A stretch of DNA of 64,000 nt from Piedraia hortae CBS 480.64 (Eukaryota): positions 131,628 to 195,627 of the forward strand of contig MU005966.1 of assembly GCA_010093745.1 (NCBI GenBank). The letters are read 5' to 3'. Positions 49,015 to 61,779 of this stretch are shown here, in pieces; within the stretch, counting starts at the first letter, position 1; every line of letters begins with the position of its first letter. Both the position numbers and the translations under genes were made by a program. The notes beneath the pieces were generated by a model. The model was not told where the DNA came from, made no database searches, and saw only the letters and a program-made list of their open reading frames with translations.

Positions 49015-51494
49015 ATGCTTGGTCGATGGAGGCGGAGTGGTCAGTTATGGCGGATCGGGGTCCGGTGGAACTCCTCTGCTACCGAAAGGACGAGAAACAT
49101 TGGCATTATTGCTCACATTGACGCTGGAAAAACAACCACCACCGAGCGCATGCTGTACTATAGTGGCTATACTAGACGTATAGGAGGTGGGTATCTTGAA
49201 TCGGGAATATTTTTCCCATGCTGATTTTCGCAGACGTAGATGAAGGCAGCACAGTAACAGATTTCCTACCTGCAGAGCGGGCAAGGGGTATCACCATTCA
49301 ATCGGCTGCCATTAGCTTCCCATGGCCTCCAGCTGCTATGTCAGAACCTTCGCTAAGATCTCACATTCCCCATAATATTAATTTGATAGACACTCCTGGC
49401 CATGCTGACTTCACCTTTGAAGTCTGGCGCTCTCTCCGTGTCTTAGATGGAGCCGTCTGCATTCTAGATGGCGTCGCCGGTGTTGAAGCACAAACTGAAA
49501 AGGTCTGGGCACAAGCCTCAGCATATTTTATCCCACGATTAATATACATCAATAAATTGGATCGTGATGGAGCCGCATTTGGGCATACAGTCAAAGAAAT
49601 AGGAGCTCGGCTGCGTGTCTGGCCCGCTGTGTGTGGTATTCCGTGGTGGGGTCCTTCTGGAAAGTTGCTCGGTGTCGCAGATGTAGTCAACTTGCAAGCA
49701 CTGCGATACCCCGAGAGTGGCGATGGGAAGGAATACCAGACATTTGATCAGAACGCGATAAATGATTCCTCCCTCATTGAAGAATTGAAAACCGCTCGTC
49801 TCGCTTTGATGGAGCTTTTAGCCGAGCACGACGATGAAATGGCTTCTCTATATCTTGACTTTCTGGAAGATGACAAGAACCCTCTCAACATTCCCGCTTC
49901 GGAGATCTGGGAAAGCCTCCGACGGTGCACACTACAAAATCCACAGGTCGTCGCACCCGTTTTTGCCGGGGCCAGCTTCCGCAATGTCGGCGTACAGCCC
50001 TTGCTCAATGCCGTTGTGGACCTCCTTCCCAGTCCCGCGGAGCGCCCTTCTCCGGAAGTCACTCTCGGCCAGGAATCGCAGACCGACCTTGTCACCTTGC
50101 TTTCAGGCAAAGCCATATCAAAGCACAAGAAACCTCTGAGTCTAGCCTTAATTTCCGCTTGCGCTTTAGCTTTTAAACTTGTACAGGACGCCCGTCGTGG
50201 CATCTGGGTGTATGTTCGAGTCTACTCAGGCACTCTCGCCCGCAACACCCTCCTCTTCAACACGGCTTTGCGGGGTTCCGAACGCGCCCAGCGTTTGCTC
50301 AAAGTCTTTGCCAATGACGCTGTAGACGTCGATTCTATACCTAGCGGTCAGATTGGAGTTATCCCTGGACTCAAATTTGCTCGCACGGGTGATACCCTAC
50401 TTTCTTACTCAGGTTCCAAGCCGACTGGAGCGGTAGAAACCCTTCAACTCCGTCCCATCAACATTCCGCCTCCAGTCTTCTTTGTCAGCATCGAGCCCAA
50501 CTCACTTTCGGACGAGAAATCCGTCCGAGAAGCACTAGGCCTACTCCTACGTGAGGACCCTTCTCTACATGTTACAACTGACGAAGAAAGCGGTCAAATT
50601 CTCCTCTCGGGTATGGGAGAATTGCATCTTGAAATTGCTCGGGACCGGCTCTCAGAGTTCAAAGTCCGAGCGCATGTCGGCAGCGTGGAAATCGGTTATC
50701 GCGAAGCCATCACCCAATCGAGCGGATGGGTCGAAGCAAGTTATAATCGCAGCGCAGCCGCCATCTTCTGCTCCGCTTCTGTGGAGCCATACGATCCCTC
50801 TGCTGGAGCCGAACAGCTACCAGATCGAAATGGAGCTATCATCACCCTTAGTACCCCCGAAGGTACCCCTGAACCCACTGAAGAATCTGCTGAGCAGTTC
50901 CAGGAATTTCTCAGGAACGGCGTCCTCGCTGCCCTCTCCCACAGTCCTATACACGGATACCCGCTACACTCTACCCTTGTGCGCATCAGCCTCGACACCA
51001 TGAAGCTTCCCTCTTCTCCCCCCCCCCCCCCATCAATAGCAGCGGCAGCACGTCTAGCCACGCACGCCGCGATGCGGGCTAGCAGCGAAACCGCCGTACT
51101 CATGGAGCCCGTTATGGACGTTGTCGTCTCCACAGATGAGGCAAGCCTCGGCCCCGTAACGCACGATCTCACTGCCGCTAGGGGCGCCGTCATCCTATCC
51201 CTCGATGCAGATGCGGCGGAGCGTCCTTTCACCTCTCAGACCTCTAACGAGGTAGCAGTAGAAAATATCTATGCCCCACCGGACCCCTTCGCGGGAGGGG
51301 GCTATGATACCAATGGTGTGGTGTGTGGCACTGCGATGAAGCAAATTCAAGCTCGTGTGCCGCTAAAGGAAATGGTTGGGTACCTTAAGCATCTGAGAAG
51401 TTTGACAAAGGGGAGGGGGACGTTCACGATGGAGTTTGATCGGTTTGAAAGAATGGATTCTAGGAGGCAGAAGAGTGTGCTGGGCGGAGCTTAG
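49015..51494 (+). CDS. MEF2: Mitochondrial ribosome-releasing factor 2 (EF-G2mt); exons 49015-49186 and 49234-51494
   Basis: [67 protein letters not shown] and [19 protein letters not shown]. Intron 49187-49233. In-frame upstream ATGs exist (48913 and one downstream of it). Confidence 0.92.
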
Positions 51495-53414
51495 GGACGA
51501 AGGTGTTTGTGTAGGATAGAATGCACATTATTCATTGAGCGAATTAACTCATTTCAGATGATGAAATCCTTGGTTTGTGGTGAGAGCCTTCTCTTCTCAC
51601 TCGGGCATGTGATGGAATTATGGACCGTGAAAGGTGGTGAAACTTGAACTCCGGAGAAAAGTTCTATACCTAGCTCGCACGAAAAAGTTTGACAGGTTGT
51701 TGAGATGCTTACTCGATAGCTGGCCCCATTAACCGACCAACCTATATCAGTGAGCTAGTCTGGTTATATGTGAGAATAAGATTTTGCTCTTCTTGCACAG
51801 CATCAGTTTCCCATCAAGTTTTTCACCCTCCGTGAAAGGATGTTGCTTGTGAAAATTACGTGTATGCTGATACATGAAATGCCCAGCCATCGGGCCGAGC
51901 CGAATTGGACAACAATGCATCGCAAATCCACATTTCATGCATCGACTGTAACGCCTCTCTTTCAACCGCATTCTTGGCCTAATCTTCACAGGTTGATTTT
52001 ATATTCACCTGAAAGTTGTTTCCCCTAGATGGGATAGACATGGCACGAGGAAAGGAGCATATATACTCGAGGCAAGTTGCTAGCCGTGCCTAAGGAATAA
52101 CATGACAGCTACCTATTCCAATGTATAACCGATCGCGTGGCCATTGCAAGGCATAAGTGGAGCAATGAACTCTGGCAAAGTACTGCTACATATGTCCGGC
52201 TAAAATTCCGACCCTGAGGGTTCTTGGCCCACCATTTCGCGGAATAATTGCAAACCCACACCTCCATGTACGTACGAGCAATGTGAGACAACAATGTTCC
52301 GTTGACATCGAACCGTTTATTTATGACTTTTCCCTACTCAAGTCACGATGGGTTGTAGTTTGCTAGAGCAAGCTGGCGCAATGGCTTGCAAGGTCCCATC
52401 AAATTACCAAATCATTTGCCCGATTTCTTCTCGCGGATTTCTGCTTTACACCTGATTTGAACGGTGTATCAGATGCTCTACGCTTCGCAGCTGTCTTTTT
52501 ACACCGGAAAAGTTCCGCGGCAACTGTTAATAGGGGGAACTCTATCTGACGTTGATCGATGGCGGCTTTGACCACGCTGTCGACGCACTGTGAAGCGGGC
52601 TTGATTACGGTTAACCTTGCATAGACTTTCGCGGGGGACGACTTTCCAGATGCATCCCAACTCGGCAAAGGGCAACCCTGGCTGATGCACTAGCTATATC
52701 TGCCACATGAATGACAGGTCCCGAACCAACGCCAGCCAACTCTCCTTGGACTACTCACAGGAGCTCCTTGGGAAGTCTGAGCAATCTTCAGTAAAAGTCG
52801 AACCAGGTAGATCAATCCTACGAGTATCTGGTTGCTAAACCCAACTCTTGTGCACTGATTTCTTGCTTCTCCTTTTTGGTGTTTATTTACAACAAAGGCT
52901 TGCAGCTTGATCCCCAATCGGAGCCAGGCTCCAGCTTACCCCTCGCGTTAGCCGTTTCCCAAGCCCAAAATAATCACACACGGCCTCCAATGCGGGATTC
53001 AATGTCCGGAATCCCCACTTCCTGACTCCCTAGGCGAGGATGGCCGTGCTTTTCTGCACTATACGGTCCGCTGAAACGCATAAAAACCTTGTCTGGGATG
53101 CTTTTGGGTTCCGACGGCACTGCAATGCACGTCCTCGCTTGACTCGGAGGAAAGCCGGTGCCATTCCTTGGTGTGTGTTGCACTCCTAAGCAGCCGACGT
53201 CGAAACAGTCACTGCTACAATCCCTCTGCTGCTAAGTACACCACTTAAGGTGAGTATATGATCTCGCAGTCCTCGGGATCTGTTCTTCAGAGCCACTCGT
53301 TCTCTCACACACACACAATCAACAGGAATTTAACTCTCGCTACATTCTGTGCAAAGCTTGTGCGGAAGTCTTCTCTAACGCCTTCGGTTCCACAGTACAC
53401 CTTGGCTTTTGAGA

Positions 53415-56400
53415 ATGGTCAAGTACCAGCTTTTGGCCGCTGGGCTTGCGGCCACGGCTTATGCTTCTCCATGGAATCGTCAAAAGAGGAACAACCAAGG
53501 ATATGGCCAGCCGCAGGAGCAGCCCAACAATGCCGGCAATAGATGGGGCTTTGGAAATGTCCCCTGGGGCAAGTCCACCCCAACTCCTCAGGCCCAAAGA
53601 GCTGCCCAGGGCTATGGAAACGCTCAACCTGCTGCCCAAGGCTATGGGAACGCTCACCCTGCTGCCCAAGGCTACGGGAACGCTCAACCCGCTGCCAACC
53701 ACCAAAACAATGGTCCTCCTGGCTATGGTAATGCAAAGCCTCCTGCTGGCTACGGCAATGAACATCCTCCCGCTGCTGGCTACGGTTCTCCCAAGGCAGT
53801 GTCGAGTTCTTCGTCGACCGCCACCCCGAGTTTTCTCTTCAATCCCGTCTCACAAGGTTATGGAGGAGGATCTTGTTCGGCAACAACTGTCTACGTCACT
53901 GCAACTCCCCAAACGGTTACGCTTTCTGGTTCTACTGTCATGGTTCCCGGCTCCAATTTCACCCACTTCGAGACCAAGACGCTTCCTGCGAGTACTGTGG
54001 TGGTTACGGAAACTGCTCCTGCTCATGTTGAGACCCAGACTGCAACAATCACATCTGACTTTACGTCGACGATGACCGAGACCCAGGCTCCGTCAACTGT
54101 CTACGCAACCTCCACTCTCGAGGCGTCTACAATCACTCAAACGTTCACCGCCCCGGCTGTTACAGAGACTCAAACGGACACAATCACATCGGCATACACA
54201 TCGACAATGACGCAGACGGAGGCCCCAACCACCATCTACGCCACATCGACTCTTCAGGCATCCACAGTTACCCAGGTCATGACTGCTCCAGCTTTCACTG
54301 AGACTAAAACTGCTACGATCACGTCTGCATACACGTCTACGATGACGCAGACAGAGGCCCCAACCACGATCTACGAGACGGCGACCCTCCCGGCCAAGAC
54401 GGTGACTGAGACNNNNNNNNNNNNNNNNNNNNNNNNNNNNNNNNNNNNNNNNNNNNNNNNNNNNNNNNNNNNNNNNNNNNNNNNNNNNNNNNNNNNNNNN
54501 NNNNNNNNNNNNNNNNNNNNNNNNNNNNNNNNNNNNNNNNNNNNNNNNNNNNNNNNNNNNNNNNNNNNNNNNNNNNNNNNNNNNNNNNNNNNNNNNNNNN
54601 NNNNNNNNNNNNNNNNNNNNNNNNNNNNNNNNNNNNNNNNNNNNNNNNNNNNNNNNNNNNNNNNNNNNNNNNNNNNNNNNNNNNNNNNNNNNNNNNNNNN
54701 NNNNNNNNNNNNNNNNNNNNNNNNNNNNNNNNNNNNNNNNNNNNNNNNNNNNNNNNNNNNNNNNNNNNNNNNNNNNNNNNNNNNNNNNNNNNNNNNNNNN
54801 NNNNNNNNNNNNNNNNNNNNNNNNNNNNNNNNNNNNNNNNNNNNNNNNNNNNNNNNNNNNNNNNNNNNNNNNNNNNNNNNNNNNNNNNNNNNNNNNNNNN
54901 NNNNNNNNNNNNNNNNNNNNNNNNNNNNNNNNNNNNNNNNNNNNNNNNNNNNNNNNNNNNNNNNNNNNNNNNNNNNNNNNNNNNNNNNNNNNNNNNNNNN
55001 NNNNNNNNNNNNNNNNNNNNNNNNNNNNNNNNNNNNNNNNNNNNNNNNNNNNNNNNNNNNNNNNNNNNNNNNNNNNNNNNNNNNNNNNNNNNNNNNNNNN
55101 NNNNNNNNNNNNNNNNNNNNNNNNNNNNNNNNNNNNNNNNNNNNNNNNNNNNNNNNNNNNNNNNNNNNNNNNNNNNNNNNNNNNNNNNNNNNNNNNNNNN
55201 NNNNNNNNNNNNNNNNNNNNNNNNNNNNNNNNNNNNNNNNNNNNNNNNNNNNNNNNNNNNNNNNNNNNNNNNNNNNNNNNNNNNNNNNNNNNNNNNNNNN
55301 NNNNNNNNNNNNNNNNNNNNNNNNNNNNNNNNNNNNNACTCTCACTGAAACGGTTACGGCCCCTGCCCACACAGAGACTGCGACGGCTACTATCACTTCG
55401 GCGTATACCTCGACAATGACGCAGACTGAAGCTCCGACGACTGTCTATGAGACGGCAACGCTTCCGGCGAAGACTGTGACCGAGACTGCGCCCGCAGGCC
55501 CGGCTTCCACTCTTACTCAAACAGTCACGGCTCCTGCTCACACCGAGACGGCCACCCAGACCATCACATCTGCTTATACGTCGACTATGACTCAAACTGA
55601 GGCCCCGACGACTGTCATCCACACAGACACTTTGCCAGCATCCACAGTCACCCAGGTCATGACTGCTCCTGCCCACATCGAGACCGAGACGGCAACAGTT
55701 ACGTCTGCGTATACGTCAACAATGACAAAGACTGAGGCCCCGACCACGATCTACCAGACGGCTACTCAGCCGGCCTCCACCATTACCCAGGTCATGACGG
55801 CCCCGGCCCACACCGAGACTGCTACCCAGACTATCACTTCAGCGTATACGTCGACCATGACGCAGACTGAGGCCCCAACGACCATCTATCAGACTGCTAC
55901 GGCCCCAGCTTCAACCATCACTAAAGTTGAGACTGCTCCAGCTGGCCCGGCTCAGACCATTACCCAGGTCATCACGGCTCCGGCCCATACCGAGACTGAG
56001 ACGGCAACAATCACGTCTGCATACACCTCGACCATGACCCAAACCGAGGCGCCTACAACAATCTACCGGACGGCCACTCTCTCGGCATCCACCATCACGC
56101 AGGTCATGACTGCTCCAGCTGGCCCTGCGTCTACCGTTACCTCGGTTATCACTGCCCCAGCCCACACTGAGACTGCCACCCAGACCATTACGTCGGCGTA
56201 CACTTCGACCATGACCCAGACAGAGGCTCCTACTACCATCTACGAGACGGCTACGCTCCCGGCCAAGACGGTAACGGAGACTGCATCTGCTGCCCCGGCT
56301 TCCACCCTTACTGAGACGGTGACGGCTCCTGCTCACGTCGAGACAGAGACGGCCACTATCACTTCTGCCTACACATCAACGATGACGCAGACTGAAGCCC

Positions 56401-59287
56401 CGACGACGATGTACGAGACGGCCACTCTTCCAGCCAAGACGGTCACCGAAACTGCACCTGCTGGCCCAGCTTCCACTGTCACAGTCACTCAGCCCGCCAA
56501 GGTCGAGACTGCTACTGAGACCATCACTTCAGCGTATACGTCTACCATGACACAGACCGAGGCCCCGACAACCATCTACAGGACTGCAACTGGCCCAGGT
56601 GCCACCGTTACCGCTGTTGTGACCGCCCCAGCTCACATTGAGACGGCAACTCAGACCATCACTTCGGCTTACACGTCTACGATGACGCAGACGGAGGCTC
56701 CGTCCACCATCTACGCCACGGCTACAACCACCCTTTCGGCCCAGACCGCGACCTTGACCGTCTACCACACTGAGGCTCCCACGACTGTCTCGGAGACTCA
56801 GTTCACAACTGTCACCCATGACATTACTGAGGTCACGACCATCACCAATGCACCGTCAACTATTTATGCGACCAGTGTTGTGACCAACCCAGTCACTATT
56901 ACCAAGGTTGAGACTGCATCTGGAGTGACCCATATCCTCACTGCCACGGCCATTGACTACAAGAACCAGACTGCCACTGTCTCTCTTATCTCGACCGTAA
57001 CAGCCACCGGTGCTGGTGCTCCTACCAAGACGGTTACCATCACGAGCTACCAGGGCAGCGGCAACAACACTGTTCTCATGACCAAGACTGAAACTGCGTC
57101 TGGAACGTGCGCTGCTCCTGATGCTGCATCTGCCACCACTGTCACCGTCTACGGCACAGGAAACGCAACTGCCGCGGCAGCTTCGACCGTCACTATCACG
57201 AGCTACAGCGGTGGTGCGGCAGCTTCGGCCACCTCGACCGTCACGGTCACGAGTTACAGTGGCGGCGGGAATGGAACCGTTGTTTCAACTATCACCAAGT
57301 CTGCCGCTGCTTCGACCGTCACAGTAGACAGCGGCAATATGACTGCACCTGCCGCCTCCACGGTCACTGTCACAAGTTACCGTGGCAGCGGAGCTGGAGC
57401 AGCAACGTCTACTGTTACTGTCACCAGCTATAGCGGAGGTCGAAATGGCACAGTTGTCTCGACCTTGACTCAAACTGCAGCTACGGCTACCGTCACCGTT
57501 ACTGCACCAGGCGCCTCAGGAACTGCTGCTGCTGCTAAGACCGTCACAGTCACTGCATCAGGCGCCGCAGGATCTGCTGCCCCTGCGTCAACCGTCACTA
57601 TCACCGCTCCTGGAGTCACATCAGCTGGAGCTGCTTCAACTATCACTGTGACTGTTGCCGGTGGTTCTGTCTGCGGTACGGGAATTGGAAGCAGTACCGT
57701 TGCTTTTGGTAACAGCACGAGCTCTGCAGCCATCTCCTCGACTTCCGGAGTGCGCGCCAATGATACGATGACTTCATCTGCTTCTGGCTCCGCGACTACT
57801 ACTCCCTCTGGTTACACTCCATCTGCCAACAGCAGCATTGCCGCAACCACGGGCCCATCCGGCAGTATTCTGGTGAATGCCACCCAGCTCACCTCGTCAG
57901 CTCCATACAACGGCAGCGGCCCCAGCTCGTCTACTACTTGCACCACAAGTACAGCAACTTGCTCTGGTCTTGGTTGCTCAAGCGCCACCCCTACTGAGTC
58001 TTGCACTGGATCCGATTGCTCCAGCACGGCCGTTCCCACGTCGTCTTGCACGGGTACTGATTGCTCGGCCACCGCCACACCTCCCTGCGTCGGTCCCAAC
58101 TGTGTTGGCAGCTCAACGCCTTCAGTTCCTACCGGCAGCGCATCTTCACCATGCGTAGGCCCTAACTGTATTGGCAGCTCCACACCCGCTGTCCCGACAG
58201 GATCGGCTTCCTCCCCCTGTGTCGGCCCCAACTGCGTTGGCAGCTCGACTCCTTCGGTCCCCACTGGCACCGCATCCTCGCCGTGCGTTGGTCCTAATTG
58301 CGCCGGCAGCTCTACGCCAGGAGTCCCTACTGGAACATCCTCGTGTATCGGTCCTAACTGTGTCGGCAGTTCTACGCCAGGAGTTCCAACGGNNNNNNNN
58401 NNNNNNNNNNNNNNNNNNNNNNNNNNNNNNNNNNNNNNNNNNNNNNNNNNNNNNNNNNNNNNNNNNNNNNNNNNNNNNNNNNNNNNNNNNNNNNNNNNNN
58501 NNNNNNNNNNNNNNNNNNNNNNNNNNNNNNNNNNNNNNNNNNNNNNNNNNNNNNNNNNNNNNNNNNNNNNNNNNNNNNNNNNNNNNNNNNNNNNNNNNNN
58601 NNNNNNNNNNNNNNNNNNNNNNNNNNNNNNNNNNNNNNNNNNNNNNNNNNNNNNNNNNNNNNNNNNNNNNNNNNNNNNNNNNNNNNNNNNNNNNNNNNNN
58701 NNNNNNNNNNNNNNNNNNNNNNNNNNNNNNNNNNNNNNNNNNNNNNNNNNNNNNNNNNNNNNNNNNNNNNNNNNNNNNNNNNNNNNNNNNNNNNNNNNNN
58801 NNNNNNNNNNNNNNNNNNNNNNNNNNNNNNNNNNNNNNNNNNNNNNNNNNNNNNNNNNNNNNNNNNNNNNNNNNNNNNNNNNNNNNNNNNNNNNNNNNNN
58901 NNNNNNNNNNNNACACCAGCAGTCCCTACCGGAACCTCGTCATGTGTCGGTCCTGACTGTTCCGGCAGCTCAACGCCCGGTGTCCCTACGGCTACCTCAT
59001 CCTGCGTTGGTCCTGACTGCTCCGGCAGCTCCAGCACGCCAGGCTACGGCACAGCAACTGCCAACGACGTGAGCACCGGCTCCAGCACTCCTGCCGCAGC
59101 AACTAGCGGCGCTGGTGCTCCCCCTGCAGGCTATGGCAACTCCCCTGGTGGTTATGGCAAGCCCGGCGACAAGAATGCTGGCGGCTACGGCAGGCCCGCA
59201 GCAGGCTACGGCAAGCCCGCAGGAAACAACGCCTGGGGCGCCGCGACAACCGCTGCTGCTCATGGACCCGCTGGTTACGGACACTAG
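53415..59287 (+). CDS. Very large secreted repeat protein (GYG blocks, Thr-rich repeats, CxGPxC repeats); spans two assembly gaps
   Basis: Signal peptide MVKYQLLAAGLAATAYA and a KR site. Open frame up to and between the gaps. After gap 2 the repeat frame (TPAVPTGTSSCVGPDC...) runs to GPAGYGH* at 59287; the ORF-track frame shift there most likely reflects the estimated gap length. Confidence 0.85.
54010..56710 (+). repeat. Coding tandem repeats of 45/59 aa (core TITSAYTSTMTQTEAPTT)
   Basis: At least 12 visible copies (3 before and 9 after gap 1). Confidence 0.9.
54413..55337. other. Assembly gap (N run)
   Basis: 925 N inside the Thr-rich repeat array. Confidence 1.
58393..58912. other. Assembly gap (N run)
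   Basis: 520 N inside the Cys-containing repeat array. Confidence 1.
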
Positions 59288-61407
59288 AGCACTAGTTTCC
59301 TCTTCTGTTCCTTCGACGACATGACCAGTTGTTTGAGGTGAACACGGGATTGTTTTTTGGGGGTGGTTGATTGCTTGAAAGGTTTTGTTTCCCCGACACA
59401 GATGGGACGGGATGAGCGATATGGGAAATGCACTTGAGTTTTTTGTTTATCGTTGTTTTTCTCTTCTGTCTAACCTTTTTGACGATAGATGAGAGGGATG
59501 TTTGGGTACATAACTCCAGATTTCATGTTTGTTGGTTAATGTTCATTCGCCAGATGGAATGCCACTTTTGGGATTTTACATCTTCTCAGTGATCTCTCTT
59601 ATACGCTGAATAGACTGGTGGGATGTCTTTGCGTAGTCGATAGTGCCTAGAACTTGATCGAGCATCGTCAATCGCAAAGCATCTTAATTTTCATTCGCGT
59701 AATGCTTATTGAGGATATTTCTCTTGGGTCGAGGTCATGCCGTATGATATAGTCCCGGCGAATGTTGTGGTCGCAATGTGGGGTAGTCTTGACACATACC
59801 TCTCTCACTTCCCTTTCCCCAGAGACACAGATTTACACACATAATTGACCGGTTCTGATGATTAATAGCTTTTCTGCATTTCTCATGCGTTAACGAGTAA
59901 TACCGCCACGAGCTCTGACCTTTGAGTAAGGCAATAGTGTATCCTTCTATTTGCTCTATCTACTCGACAGCACTTCGCAACACTGGGCTTTAATTATCTA
60001 TTTTTTTTTCACCCTTCGGCAATGTACAGAGAGTGAACAAGATAATTGGCTGTTTGGATGCCTCCACACAATGAGTACGGCTTCAAGGTATAGACGGGGC
60101 ACAGATCTGTGCTCCTGCCACAAACGCCGGAATAAAGACACGAGGCGCACACATCTTAGCATTTGCGCAGATTACATAAACCTTGAGTTGAGGTACGGGA
60201 AATTTTTCACGGATTACGTGTGCCATGATAAAGTTTGGAAATTCTTCGTAAATACACAACTATTTGACTTTGATGTATGATATTTGGTATGAACAATCTG
60301 GTGTTATCAGATCTAGAGACAAGGGATGCTCTATGAATGAGAATATGGCTTCGTAAAATTCGGGGAAATGAATTCTAACAAAAGGCGCTTACGCTTTCGA
60401 CTGGTTGAGCCTTTCTTTCAGTGGCAGCCTACGCATGCGTGAGTGTGTGACGAACGAGATACAACAAATAAGCGAAACCAAGAACCCATCTGAAGATTTT
60501 GGCTGCGCAGCAGCTGGGCTATGAACATCTACACCAATGATCATAGTGAGACAACAGACAAGGAATCTGACTCGATGATCACTTGTGGTGTTCAACGCTC
60601 GTCTTCATAACTCGTGGTCCGATCTGCTCGCATCTTCAACACTATAATATGCCGCTCCTTTGAGGTTGCACTCGCTCGTCAGTGTCAGCGCTTCGCCATC
60701 ATTGTACAGCGCACATCACCGTCAAAGGTGACGAGTTCCAAGCACCCTCCTTCACCATTGTATCGATCTCATCGTCTTGGGCTCCTTTCTCCGTCTTGAC
60801 GCTCGCAGCGTCTTCCACCTTATCGTCCTTGGCTTCTTCTTCCGTCTTGACCTTAACAGCGTCTTCCATCCGCTTCTTCGTCGTTTGCTTGGGACTCATC
60901 ATCTTGCCATCAGCGTACAGCGGAGACGCATCCATGGCTAACGTCATGGCCTACCAGAAGCGAGCGCAAAGACTCATAATGAAGGGCTCCTGGCCTAAAA
61001 GATTCAGCCAGGGCTTTGAGTAGCAGAGGACACAGCATTCAATTTACTGGTGATTATGTTCGCAAACCTCACGAGGTCCCGATCAAACTCCATCGTCTGA
61101 GCACGTGTCAAATCCCTCTGCTCGTCCAGCCTTCTTACCAGCGCCCAGGGGAGCTTTATAGACGCCTTCTCGAACTCGCATATCTGCATGCGAGTTAATG
61201 TCTTCTCCCCCTTAAGCTGCTGCAAGAGGCCATTGATTTGCATGGCCAGCTCCTGGTTGCTGTTCAGGATCGCCTGGGTGTTGTCGATTACCAAGACCCT
61301 CTGCTCGTCCGCCAAGAGGAACAGCGCGTTGGGTTGATTTGTGAGACGCTGATTGCTCCCACCGAGGGCCGCAGCGTTGTAAGTGGTGTAATGCACGCAG
61401 TGGAGAA

Positions 61408-61779
61408 TGTACCGATAGTTCTCTCGTGGATGGGAGTGCGCAGCGGTCCGAACTAGGAGGATGTAGCGATAGATGGATATCAACGACAGGGATAGGAAAG
61501 ATGCAGGTGGGTAGAAGTCAATACCAGTATCGACGTGACAGCGTAAATTACTATGTATCTCTACGAGGGGACGTTCAGAATGAAATTTCTGTACCGGTGG
61601 GCCGGTGATGTCACGTCATACACTAGGAGGACGCATTCGCCATGTCACATCTGACATGACCCTGAGGGGAAATCTCTGTGAGGGAAAATCCTAGGGTGCA
61701 GTCGGTAGTGTAGGGGGTATAGCTGACTTACTGTGCAAGTGTCCCGCATACGCGCTAGCGGCGATGCTTGACTCCAACA
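61408..61779 (+). mobile_element. Solo LTR family 1, copy D
   Basis: TGTACCGATAG...CTCCAACA with perfect TSD GAGAA (61403-61407, 61780-61784). Confidence 0.9.

Noticed and set aside
51500..52700. Possible pogo/Fot1 transposase relic
   Set aside because: Only a vague HTH-like stretch ('LLTVAAELFRCKKT'); no DDE motifs or TIRs I can support.
58913..59072. Apparent frameshift or early stop (HQQSLPEP...) in the 1887-aa ORF
   Set aside because: Best explained as an artefact of the estimated N-gap length; the repeat pattern identifies the other frame, which ends at 59287.
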